Assembly: GCA_028023455.1 (NCBI GenBank)
Contig: JAQFVV010000011.1
Location: 124,001-188,000 of the forward strand
Direction: 5' to 3'
DNA: 64,000 nt
From: Epiperipatus broadwayi
Lineage: Eukaryota; Animalia; Onychophora
The translations under genes were made by a program, and so were the position numbers. Under the pieces are notes generated by a model. The model did no database searches. It was not told the origin of the DNA and saw only the letters and a program-made list of their open reading frames with translations. Position 1 is the first letter of the stretch. Each line of letters opens with the position of its first letter. Shown here piece after piece: positions 52,630-64,000 of this stretch.

Positions 52630-54326
52630 GTTGTTGTTGTTGTCATTATTATCTTACTATTATGGTGATTACTGTTGCAGCTGTTACTATTACTACTACT
52701 ACTTTTCTTAAGACAGACTGTTGAACTTCACCAAAAGTGAACTCAGTTTTAGTTAAGTCGAACAAGCTGAACAAACACATGCAAATTTGAATTATGAGTA
52801 AAATAAAATAAAATTTTGGACATAAAGTCATCTTCATTTAAAATATGATGGTAAATTCTTTAATATCATAAAAGAAAAGTAATTTTCTGAAATTATTACA
52901 CTTATTATGATACTAGATTCTTTAGCAAAATTAATAATTTTTTTTTTTTTTATCACTTAATGCATTTTATATCTATCATTGACAGTATATAATTCACTTT
53001 TTTGATTCTTCATTCTAATGATACTTTTTTGATGTGTCTTTTTTAATCAAGATCATCACATTTGTGTTATACATCTAACAACCATATTTATTTATTTATT
53101 TTATAATTTCATGAGATTCAAAATCAATCTATGATTTTGAATTTCCCAACTTTCTTGTATATGTGATTTAAATCAATGCTCCTCATTTAAGAAAACCAAT
53201 AGCTTGAAAATAGTTTGGCTTAATAGATGTAACACTCTTACTGTGTCCATTGGTTACTTAAGTCAGCTTATGTCCTACTTGGTTGGTGCAGTCAAAAAGT
53301 GACAGACTCTGAAATTCAAGGACCATAAATCACATCTCAGATTTGCTAATTTCCAATGTTAAAACTTTATGACAAAGAACAAATGGATCTGAGGTAAGTA
53401 AATAGAATGAATCCTACCCTAATGTAGATATTGAACAAAAGTTGAGAATGCCTGAATGCTTTGATATAAGAAAGATTATCATTTGGAGAGCAGTGAAATA
53501 GTTTGCTTTAAAAAACTATCATTTGGAGAATATTACAAAGAAATTTTTTAATATATTTAGCTTTATGATAATCAGAAAATACATAGCTAATTAAATTAGT
53601 TTACTATAATTAGTTCACATGGTTATACTGAAGCTGTACTTAAACTCTAATTTTCAACTTAGGGCTGAACTTTGTCTGAATTCATTTCAGTTTATGTATT
53701 TGTAGAATTTTATAACTTTGCATTATTTTTTATATGATTTAATGAGGAACACGACTTGATAGACAATGCTGAATTTATTTGTTATATGGAATTTGGCTGG
53801 AAATGTGGAAATATGTCAGTTACAGAAGTGGAGTAGAGTATAGTTAATGATTTGATGTTGGTAGGTTTAATTTTAAATGCCCAAAGTAGAAAAGCTTAAT
53901 TTGGTAACACACTGGACTATAGGTGTGAAATCCGAGCATGGTTCAGAAGTTTTATCTCTTTTATATATAAAGAAGCAGTTTTAAAAAGGGTCTTATGTAT
54001 ATATTGTAGTTATCTTTACTATCACATTTATAAAATTATAGGCATAGTAGTCTAGATAAGTATACATTCATTTCTAAAAATAATTTGAACATTTTTTTGA
54101 AAATTCTAATTATTATTTTTCAGTAAAATTAAATAAAACAGGCTATGATGCATGATATGTTTATAAAATAATATATAATTCTTTTTTAAAGACGAAATAG
54201 AAAGATAAAATTCAAGTTAAAGAGACAAGCACTATAATTAATTATTAAGGAACGTTACATTATATTAGGCAAACAATTTAACACATACTACACAAAAACT
54301 ATGATGAAATGTATTATTTTTTTTTT

Positions 54327-54425
54327 AAGTGTCATAGCATCGGCCGAGACGCGAACCCGCAACACGGGCAACTGCCTGCAAGTGCAAGGCAGTCGCGCTG
54401 ACCTCTCGACCACCAATGCAAGACG
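54327..54425 (-). mobile_element. tRNA-Gly-derived SINE with 14-bp TSD
   Basis: Minus strand GCATTGGTGGTCGAGAGGT...GGGTTCGCGTCTCGGCCGATGC-TATGACAC. TGTATTATTTTTTT lies at 54310-54323 and 54426-54439. Confidence 0.85.
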
Positions 54426-55139
54426 TGTATTATTTTTTTATTTTTTTATTAAGGATTGTAATACTTTTTTTAAATAAATGATGTTTTATCAAATTTTAGC
54501 ATTTACATATTCTTAAGATAAAATTTTCGCACATAATGTATGAAAATTTATAAATCCAAACAAATTAGAAATAATAATAATAATAAAAAACTATTTAGGT
54601 ACTCAGAGATGATAAGATTCGACATCAGGAGTGACTACTTAAGTTAGTTTAAATTTGTAATAACTTTATTAAACTCATATAATAACTGAGATAATAATTT
54701 TCTTAGCTTTGAATCGTTTGAGAGGTTTTAATTTTATATGGATCTATTCTTTCTCTAGTTTATTATTATTAACATGAGTATTTTAACAATGCTATAGATT
54801 AATGAGAATCAATAATAATTATACTTTAGCAACAATATATATATATATATAAGTATTTTTTGAATAGCTGATTGCAGGGGGAAAGGCTTCTCCCAATAGA
54901 AAAACAATAATGTAAGTCATTATTAACATTTGACCATTTTTTCATGATTGTTTTTAGCTAAGAATGTTTAAATATCCATTTAAGCCAATAAGCATCACAT
55001 GGTCACCATTTCTTATGCTTGCTCTTAAGTGTTGATAAACAGAGCAAAACTCTCCATACAGTATTGCCACCTGTGCTAAACAGAGTAATCAATGGATGCC
55101 AGAAGGCTTGTGCATAAAATCCCTATCTAATGCCTACTC

Positions 55140-55198
55140 ATCCAATATCCCCAGACTAGTTTCTGGCTTGTGGCCTTCGTCAGTGAGGAGCTTTGGAT
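55140..55198 (-). ncRNA. Type I hammerhead ribozyme, intact core (CTGACGA)
   Basis: ATCCAA agc TCCTCA CTGACGA a GGC cacaa GCC a GAAA c ta GTC / TGGGGA ta TTGGAT. Predicted cut between 55154 and 55153. Confidence 0.88.
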
Positions 55199-55798
55199 CT
55201 GAGAGCACTGCATCTAAATCTTAGGATCTAATGCAAGCCTCTAGCAACCACCTTTTATCTCTACTTAACTACAAAACTATGAGAATGAAATTGAAAACAC
55301 ATAAAATATTTTCAATCTAAGCTCAATAGCTTATATAGTCATATGGGTCTGAACTCAGTTCAGCACCCATACATTTTGGTGTCTTTGGCTCTTTTACAAC
55401 CATAGCCACCACTATACTATTAGGCAGGATTGGTGTTAAACCATTAAGCATCACATGATCACATTTCCTATACTAGCACATTAATTGTTGATAAACAGAG
55501 CAAAACTCTCCATACAGTATTGCCACCTGTGCTAAACAGACTAATCAATGGATGCCAGAAGGCTTGTGCATAAAATCCCTATCTAATGTCTACTCATCCA
55601 ATATCCCCAGACTAGTTTCTGGCTTGTGGCCTTCATCACTGAGTTCAGACCCATATGACTATATAAGCTATTGAGCTTAGATTAAAAATATTTTTTGTGT
55701 TTTCAATTTCATTCTCATAGTTTTGTAGTTAAGTAGAGATAAAAGGTGGTTGCTAGAGGCTTGCATTAGATCCTAAGATCTAGATGCAGTGCTCTCAG

Positions 55799-55857
55799 AT
55801 CCAAAGCTCCTCACTGATGAAGGCCACAAGCCAGAAACTAGTCTGGGGATATTGGAT
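55799..55857 (+). ncRNA. Type I hammerhead ribozyme, intact core (CTGATGA)
   Basis: CTGATGA 55814-55820, stem II GGC/GCC, GAAA 55834-55837, GTC 55841-55843, stem I TCCTCA/TGGGGA plus ATCCAA/TTGGAT. Confidence 0.9.
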
Positions 55858-56292
55858 GAGTAGGCATTAGATAGGGATTTTATGCACAAGCCTTCTGGCA
55901 TCCATTGATTACTCTGTTTAACACAGGTGGCAATACTGCATCAAGATCTTAGGATCTAATGCAACCCTCCAGTAGCCACCTTTTATCCCTACTTAACTAC
56001 AAAACTATGAGACAAATTGAAAACACTATAATCAGCTTATATAGTCATATAGGTCTGAACTCAGTTCAGTACCTATATGTTTTGGTGTTTTTGGTTCTTC
56101 AATAACCATAACCACCACTATCCTATTATCCAGGATTGGTTTTAAACCAATAAACAACACATGTTCACCATTTCTTATGCTTGCTCTTAATTGTTATTAA
56201 AACCGGCAAAACTTTCTATACATATTGCCACTCAGTGCAAGCCAGAGTAATCAATGGATGCCAGAAGGTTTGTACATTTTTAGTGCCTACTC

Positions 56293-56351
56293 ATCCAATA
56301 TCCCCAGACTAGTTTTTGGCTTGTGGCCTTCATCAGTGAGGAGCCTTAGAT
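56293..56351 (-). ncRNA. Type I hammerhead, G12A-mutated (AAAA)
   Basis: ctcctca CTGATGA aggccacaagcca AAAA ctaGTC tgggga. Confidence 0.7.
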
Positions 56352-58967
56352 CTGAGAGCACTGCACCTAGATCTTAGGATCTAATGCAACCATCCAGAAG
56401 CCACCTTTTATCTTTACTTAACTACAAAACTATGAGATTTAAATTGAAAACATGGTAATATTTCCAATTCAAGCTCATCAGCTTATATAGTTATATAGGT
56501 CTGAACTCAGTTCAGTACCTATACATTTTGATGTCTTTGTATCTTTAATAACCATAGTAACCACTATCCTATTAGGCAGGATTGTTTTTAAGCCAATAAA
56601 CATCACATGATCACCATTTCTTATGCTTGCTTTCAACTGTTATTAAAACACGCAAAACTCTCTATACATATGTGTTTTAATAACAGTTAAGAGCAAGCAT
56701 AAGAAATGGTGATCATGTGATGTTTGTTGGCTTAAAACCTATCTTGCCTAATAAGATAGCAGTGCTATGGTTATTACAGAACCAAAGACACCAAAATGTA
56801 TAGGTACTGAACTGAATTCTGACCAAATGACTATATAAACTGATGAGCTTGGATTGAAAATATTATAGAATTTTCAAGTTAAGTAGAGATAAAAGGTGGC
56901 TGCTGGAGGATTGCATTAGATCCTAAAATCTAAGTACAGTGCTCTCAGATCCATGGCACAACCCATAAACTAGTCTGGGGATATTGGATGAGTATGCACT
57001 AGATGGGGATTTTAAACACAAGCCTTCTGGCATCCATTGATTACTCTGGCTTGCACTGAGTGGCAATATGTATAGAGAGGGTTGCTTGTTTTAATATCCA
57101 TTTACTGACCAATAATTAGCTGGTTGCTGAGATAATTTCCCAAAAAATAAAAACCTAAGAATCTACCCCCTAGTCCAAGTTATAATTCAGGTTGGATGCA
57201 TAAGCATGTAGATGCAATATATGGAAGCAGAATAAAGATACTAAAGTAATGTAAAAAAATATATTTCAAAACTACATAATAATTTCATTAGTAAAATTAA
57301 TTGTGGTTTTGAAAGTTAATGACATCATTTCCAGATTTATTCTTACAAATTTTATTTACCTCCAGCTTTAAGCTATGATATAATGATGATGATGATAATA
57401 GTAATATTTATTATCAAGCAGATTATTGAGAGAATATAATTAAAGATATAAGAGCATGTAAAGGCCCAGAACATAGTATCAACGATTTAATGGTTAAACT
57501 TATTTAAAACTAACAACATGTAGTAATAGGATATTAATACAGTACTCCTAATTAAAATAGTATTTAGTACAAAAATCATATGTAGAGAATATAAATAAAA
57601 TTAAAAAGTTATGCTTGGGTATCATATGAAGACACCATAAAAAAAAATATCAACTAAAAAACAAGCTATTTCAAAACACAGAGAAAGCCACTGGTATTGG
57701 GGATACTAAAAATATTTCTTGTAACATCTGGATGATGATGATTATAAGTCATTTTAGAGTTTTTTTTGTAGGTAAGTAATGCGTATACTTTTTTAAATGG
57801 CGAAATAAAATAAAAACTGAAAAATTTTTATTTTAAAAAGTTTGTATGTGTGTTCAAAACAGTCATGTTAAGTGAGGCTTCTTTACCAAATAAAATAACT
57901 ATTTTCATGGTGCTCTATAAATTTCATATTCTCAAAATCTATGTTGTTGCTTTTTTAATCAAATTTAAATTTTATTGATTACATCTATTTTATTTTCCTT
58001 TAACTAAAAAGGATACGGTTTAAATTTGAATTTAAAGTTGCCTTTCTTTAGATGCACTTTTTTCTTTTAGGTAATCTTCATTTTCACTTTCTGAAAAATA
58101 ACTTTATATTGGTATATTTTTCCAAATGCTCTTCTTGACGCTCAATTTCTTAAGTAAAAGAAAGTCTACTTGCCATACTCTAATACTATCTCTATACTCT
58201 TGCATTCTTTATGAAGGTAAATCACTATTATGACTCCGAATGTTCAAAAAATGACCTTTGATTCAAGATTATCAAACAATATGAAATGGACCATTGCTTA
58301 TTACCAGATTTCAATAGAAAGAAGGGGATTCAAAGAATTTAATAATTATTTATTTAATAATCCTTTTTAAAAGCAAACACATTTACACTGAGTGTTTATT
58401 TTATTTTGAATTCACATTTGTTACATTGAAAATGATAATACTTTATTTCGATAGAGATGAACTTCTTAGCTTAAGAATCACTTTATTTAATTTATAATGA
58501 AATATAAACTTTTCAAATTGTCTTCCGAAACATGAAAGTAAAGCATTTTATTATTCAATTAGTTTTTCCTACGTATTTTTACAATGACGAGCATATTTAG
58601 TTGAATTGTTTAATAATAACTCTTATCAATATCAATATTTTATTTTTTAAATAGAATTTAGTTAATTATTTCCAATATACTTTGAAAAAATTCTAAGACT
58701 CGCGAATGTAGATTTTTTTTATTCATCTGTATTATATCATTATAAAAATTACACTCATTTAAGTCTATTATTAATTTTAACAACAATTCTATTTAACTAT
58801 AATATCACGCCTATAATTTTAATAAATATTTTTCAGAATTTGACATCATGGGTCTATATTGTGATGTTCCAAAATTATATTCACTATCTAATATAAAGAA
58901 AGGAATAAACTTTCGGTCATGCGCTCTTCGTGACTTATTTATTACAATCATCATCTAAATGTTTATA

Positions 58968-59050
58968 ACCAATAAACATCAGATGATCATCATTTTTTAT
59001 GTTTGCTTATAACTGTTATTAAAACAGGTCAAACTCTATACGTATTTCCA
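58968..59050 (-). mobile_element. Family A short fragment (no HHR)
   Basis: ccaataaacatcagatgatcatcattttttatgtttgcttataactgttattaaaacaggtcaaactc. Confidence 0.7.
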
Positions 59051-59899
59051 ACATAAAAGGGATAGTTATCATTGAAATAGATTTATACTACAATTGTATT
59101 GTATTGTTCTATAAATAAACTTTGTTTTGTTTACTTTTAGATTTATTTTAATGTTTGTTTATTGTGAGATCTGTTTTAATGTTTCTTTACTATTGCCTTC
59201 TCTACCATTTTCCAAAGAATTACTCTTCTCCATGATTTAGTGGCAATTTTAAATGTCTAAGAGTGATGGCATAGCTGTGTAGGCATCTATTTTTAGTATC
59301 TTCACCAGTAAATGCTCATGTAATAGACTATAGATATAGTGACACCCGTTCATGCTGGATATTAGTGTACCTACTGTCCATTACACTTTATATTTATTTA
59401 CTATGAAAAATGGTTATTGATTACATCTCATGTGAGTTGTATTAACTTATTTTATCCTTTTCCTGAAAAAAGTTCATTGCTGAGGAGTCCTCAGTTCCAA
59501 GTAAGGTTTTATTGCCTATTTTCATTCATGTCATTCATATTTAAATAAGATTTCACTAGTTCATATTTCCTGAGATGATCCAGCTGTCCTAGTATGGTAA
59601 CTATGGATATAAGATTATTCATATCACATTTTTTCCAAGAAATATCAGGAAATACTTTATTGGCATAAGAAATAAACTGAACCAGGGTTTCGTTACTGCT
59701 GGTTAGCGGCTAAACCAGAAATTATTCTTTTGGCAATAAGAAATAGATATGCCTAGGCCTTAGCAATGGGCACAATATCTAAACATAGTGCACAATTCAT
59801 TGATACTGCATGACCAGCTTATATTAACATTAATATACAAAATCTGACTACCAAATTCCTCACTACTTTTTGTAAAATACAAATTTCTGACTCTCCAAT

Positions 59900-61850
59900 G
59901 AATCTACAGAATATCAATTCTATAACCTTACAAATTCTTCTTCCTTTTTTTCTTTTTAATATAATATCTTTAATTTTTTTCTCAAAATATTATTTTAGTG
60001 CGAGATCAGAAAAATATTAACTTGTTTAAACTGCATTTGATATCAAGTCATGACTAATATTCTAGACATGGACTCAGTTTTTATAATAATTTTGACATAG
60101 TAATAGAAATGTTATTAAGGCATAATGCATTAATATCAAGACTTAACATAAATTCTCAGTCATCAGGAATAAACATATGCTTTGGACTCACCTTGGTTAA
60201 TTATCTCTATATCTATCCAGATGTGACTTGATTTTGTTCTAGCTCATGATTTCTCTTGAAGTCTTCTGCTTAACTCAATGCCATCTATACTCTTTAATAT
60301 GGATCAGATTAGAATTATTCTTGATGAATTTCTCTCTTGTTGAATCTAACCTCTAGGATGTTTATTAAAAGTTGATTCTGGTTCATGTGATTCTTGAGAA
60401 ATGTTTTAAAAATGTATGTACCAATTTGGACTTTTAGGGTTATATCTACTATTTCTTTTTGTGGACATTCAATTGTATGTGCCTATCTTGTACTTTTGGT
60501 GTTATATTTCTTTTTGTGGACATTCCATTCATATTAGTTTTCTGTGTTGCTCTTTGTTCTCCCTTATTTTAAAAATTATCAGATCTAAACTCCCTCATTT
60601 CAAGATTCTTTTTGTATCTTTTGTTTCATGTTCATGTAATATTAGTAATAGGCCCTTGATCAATATTCTATATGTGCCTACATTCTTATATTATTTGGTT
60701 ATCAGATAAAGTACATGAAGTCAGAATTCTCAAAATCTCTATGGTAACAAAAAAATTATATATAATTTCTCAACTTATACTATATATTTTATTTGCAGTG
60801 CTCGCACTTTATATTTTTCTTCCAGTGCTTATATTCTCTATCTCTCTTGCAACACCTAGTACCACATACTATCCTGCCATTCTTCTGTCTTGTATTCTTG
60901 TAACATTGACTTTTTGTATTTTTGGAAGTCTTCTGGTTTCTGTGATAATGACTTCTACCAGTGATTTACTTTACCCTTGTAGATGAGCATAGACCAGTGC
61001 TATTTTCCTTCATTTCTTCAATTCAGTTTAACGAGAAATAGTTCTCCAAACTATCCAGATGTTTTATAGATATTCCCTTTGCATTTCCTAAGTAATTTTA
61101 TGAATCAATTGATCCATCAGTTTCTAGGATTTGTTCTCATTCTATGGTCAAGATCATTAATCATTTTTCACCTAGTTTTATACCTTTCTTTAGTTTCATA
61201 TTTACCCTTTTATATAATGTTTCTGCATATTTATCTAAGTTTGTTCTTTTCTCAACTGTATGAAATCTTTGACTAAAACTTTTTGAGTTAATCTCTTACT
61301 AGCTCTAAACTGATACTGTTCAACTATTCAGTTGGGATTTTTTTGCTGATTTTTTGACATATTATCCATAACTTCACCACTCTTTCTCTTCTTCTATTCT
61401 GCCTTAATTCTTGTATTTGATGTAAAGTATTTTATTTTTTTTATCTTTATCTTCTTCAATTTTTCTTATGAGATTCTGAATAACTTACTTTAATATTTTT
61501 GTTCATTGTTTATCTTTTCTGTTCATTCTCTTCTATTTTCATCATCATTTGATTGTTTTTGTCAATCTTTCTTATCATCATCTAATTGTCTTCTTTTCTT
61601 TTTTTATCACTTTTTTCTATCTTCTTCAATCATTTTTTTATTTTCTATTTTTCTTATTTTCTTTTTTTATTCAGTTCCTTCTGTTTTTATCACCAACACC
61701 TAATAGTTTGCCTTTTTCTCACTACCATCTGACTTCCATTTTCTTTACCATCTTTTAATTTTCTTTTTTTTATTATCTTTTTTTTTATTATATTCTATCT
61801 CCCACTTTTATTCTGTTATGATTGCACCTTCTTGATTTTTGCTTGCCTTT
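59900..61850 (-). mobile_element. Heavily decayed LINE (ORF1-like coiled coil plus APE endonuclease)
   Basis: Strongly A-rich minus strand with K/E-rich frames. Patches VEVIITETRR (about 60940) and EWNVHKKK resemble APE motifs. The plus-strand F/L-rich ORFs are its antisense. Confidence 0.45.
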
Positions 61851-63268
61851 TTGCTTTCTGTTTCTTGAATTAGGTGTAAATCATGACTTTGATCGCTTTC
61901 TGCTCCCCTTCTACTCTAGTTAACTTGCAACTTAATATTTATTTTGTAAAATATATATATGCCTTTTTCTCCATGCAACTTTCTATCTTGGTTTAAATAT
62001 CCCAGATTTGGCTTTTTTCTTGAACAATACTGTATCAAACCATTTTTTTTTTAAATATTTGATCTAATTTATTGCTGCCCATACATGTATAATTAATTAT
62101 CTTTTTTCAATATTCAGTAATATTAACCTATTAGTTATAATAATAGTTCTTTTTATATCAAGTTTTTGTTGTTTATTATTGAATTTCATTAGCATGTCAT
62201 ACAAAATACAATAGGCTATTTGGGCTGGAGTTGAAAAGAATCAAAGTTGTGATGTACAAGATAATGGGTATATTCCACATTGTCAACCAAAATAAAATGG
62301 AAAACAAGTCTTTTGTAGGATATTATCTAGAGTTGACAACTATATATAAGCCAGATATTGATGCATGAAAAGATAATATAGTTTTACTAAGAATTACAAG
62401 ATCTCATTTGAAATGCAAAACATGCCATAATTTTATGAGAAGGTGGAATGGAAATCCACTACCATGTTCTCTAAATATGCTTAATGTTTATTTTTTAAAA
62501 TAAGGTAAATTTTATCTTTCTTGATCTCATCTCATAATATTAAGAATCAAAAACATTATTTTCCATGGATTAATATTTAATACTATCATCATAGAGAACA
62601 TTATTTGATGATGTACTAACAAGATTGTTGCCACCATAACCAAATTCTTAACTAAGTTACCTGAACTGATTACTATTCAATTTCAAGTTCAGTATCAAGC
62701 ATGATTCTTCTTAGCTTCCCCCTTAAGTTGAAGAAATTAAATTATAATAAAATTTAATCAAATTGAAAAATATTACAATTTATAAATTGATAGTGTAACC
62801 AGATAAAAAATTAAAAATATGCACTTATTTATACAGAGTATAATATTTATAAGTACACATTATTGTTAGTTGTCTAGTTTTCTTTAATCATAAGGAAATA
62901 ATAATAATACTTAATTTTGAAATATTAAAGGAATGGTAGTCATGCAAATATATATATATATTAAAGTTAAATATCACATCCTTAACTCCATGTTTAAAGG
63001 CACAATATTATAATAGATTTTCTTCAGAACAAACGCTGTGATGGAAATAATCTGTATTCAGATTTCACCGTTTTTTCACTATTAAAATCGAAATGGCAAG
63101 CATTTCTTTATAAATATTTAAAACATATATACAAAAAACTATTCAAATTAATATCTATAAATAAATGGAAAAAATATTTTATTAGAATAAGGATTTATTA
63201 AACAGTTAAATAAAAAAAATAAGATTTATAAACTCACTATTTTTTTAAATTTATGTTGACGCATTAAG

Positions 63269-63387
<119 letters not shown>

Positions 63388-63695
63388 AATATTTTAAGGA
63401 AATTATGGATTTTACCTTCTTTTTGCATAATGTTTCATTTGATAATTTTTTTCTGTAGAGAAAGTCATGCTTCTAGATTGAACAGACTTGAAATTGGATT
63501 CAGGGCCTTATTTGAAAAAAATGCTTCTTCCTTTCACAGAAATCTAGTGAAATTGCCTACATGAATAAGTCAACAGTACTCAACTCAGGTTAGTTTATCA
63601 CATGCTGTTAAAAAATTCCATACTTTTATATATTCTGAAAGTCATTGTCAGTTTGCAGAAGGATTTAATATTTATTATTTTTTTGTTCCAGAAAT

Positions 63696-63760
63696 CCTAT
63701 GAATATGGGTACTAGTACATATAATACACTCCACTGTTTGATTATTATATGTACTAGTAC
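63696..63760. repeat. Small hairpin (18-bp arms) preceded by the family B motif ctATGAATATGG
   Basis: gtactagtacatataata / tattatatgtactagtac. Confidence 0.6.
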
Positions 63761-64000
63761 CATATAGGTACTATATATATGAACTTATATGTACATATAG
63801 ATTCTCTCTCTCTATATATATATATATTAACTTCAATTATTACCATTTCAGATCATTAACTAATAAAGCTATAAATTTTGTAAGAAACATCATACCTTAA
63901 AATATATAACAGAACTTTTATTTATCACATTCAATAATTCTCTTTCAATAATGATTTTTTTAATATTTGGTAATTAGTCTTTTCTAATTTATCAAAGACA

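Larger units (their letters stand above)
54983..57092. mobile_element. Family A concatemer (retrozyme-like): ~456-bp units in tandem and inverted arrangement, 12-bp TSD
   Basis: Period 456 (GAC at 55154 and 55610). 55639-55938 is an inverted near-identical copy of 55059-55358. Fold-back at about 56660. AATATCCATTTA lies at 54971-54982 and 57093-57104. Five HHR copies. Confidence 0.93.

Noticed and set aside
56840-56875. Second CTGATGA...GAAA within the family A unit
   Set aside because: No stem II or stem I pairing, and the motif is absent from the 55320 unit.
54983-57092. CRISPR array or simple satellite interpretation
   Set aside because: Eukaryotic context, no short repeat-spacer pattern, and the units are ~450 bp with inversions and a TSD.
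60416-61758. Cluster of hydrophobic plus-strand ORFs suggesting membrane proteins
   Set aside because: They are the antisense of an A-rich decayed LINE.

Overview
This is 64 kb of very AT-rich eukaryotic, animal-like DNA made mostly of intergenic or intronic sequence and decayed repeats. There is one convincing protein gene, an intronless 5-finger C2H2 zinc-finger ORF on the minus strand (41200-42108). Transposon debris includes several RTE-clade LINE fragments (one young 5'-truncated copy with a 13-bp TSD), Gypsy gag/protease and integrase relics, a hAT deletion derivative with an 8-bp TSD, and a tRNA-Gly(TCC)-derived SINE with TSDs and a matching empty site. The main unexplained structure is a set of hammerhead-ribozyme (HHR) retroelements. 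Family A is a non-coding ~456-bp unit with a canonical type I HHR (CTGAYGA-AGGCCACAAGCCA-GAAA-CTAGTC, extended stem I). It occurs as dispersed pieces and as a 2.1-kb tandem-plus-inverted concatemer bounded by a 12-bp TSD (54983-57092), which is retrozyme-like. Family B is a set of Penelope-like palindromes whose minimal HHR-like motifs carry ATGAATA instead of CTGANGA, a compensatory A3-U8 swap. One of them flanks a Penelope GIY-YIG C-terminal coding relic (36442-36939). Family C is a ~480-bp repeat with a B-box-like segment and an HHR-like vestige. All calls were made by eye from the sequence. No database search or folding program was run.
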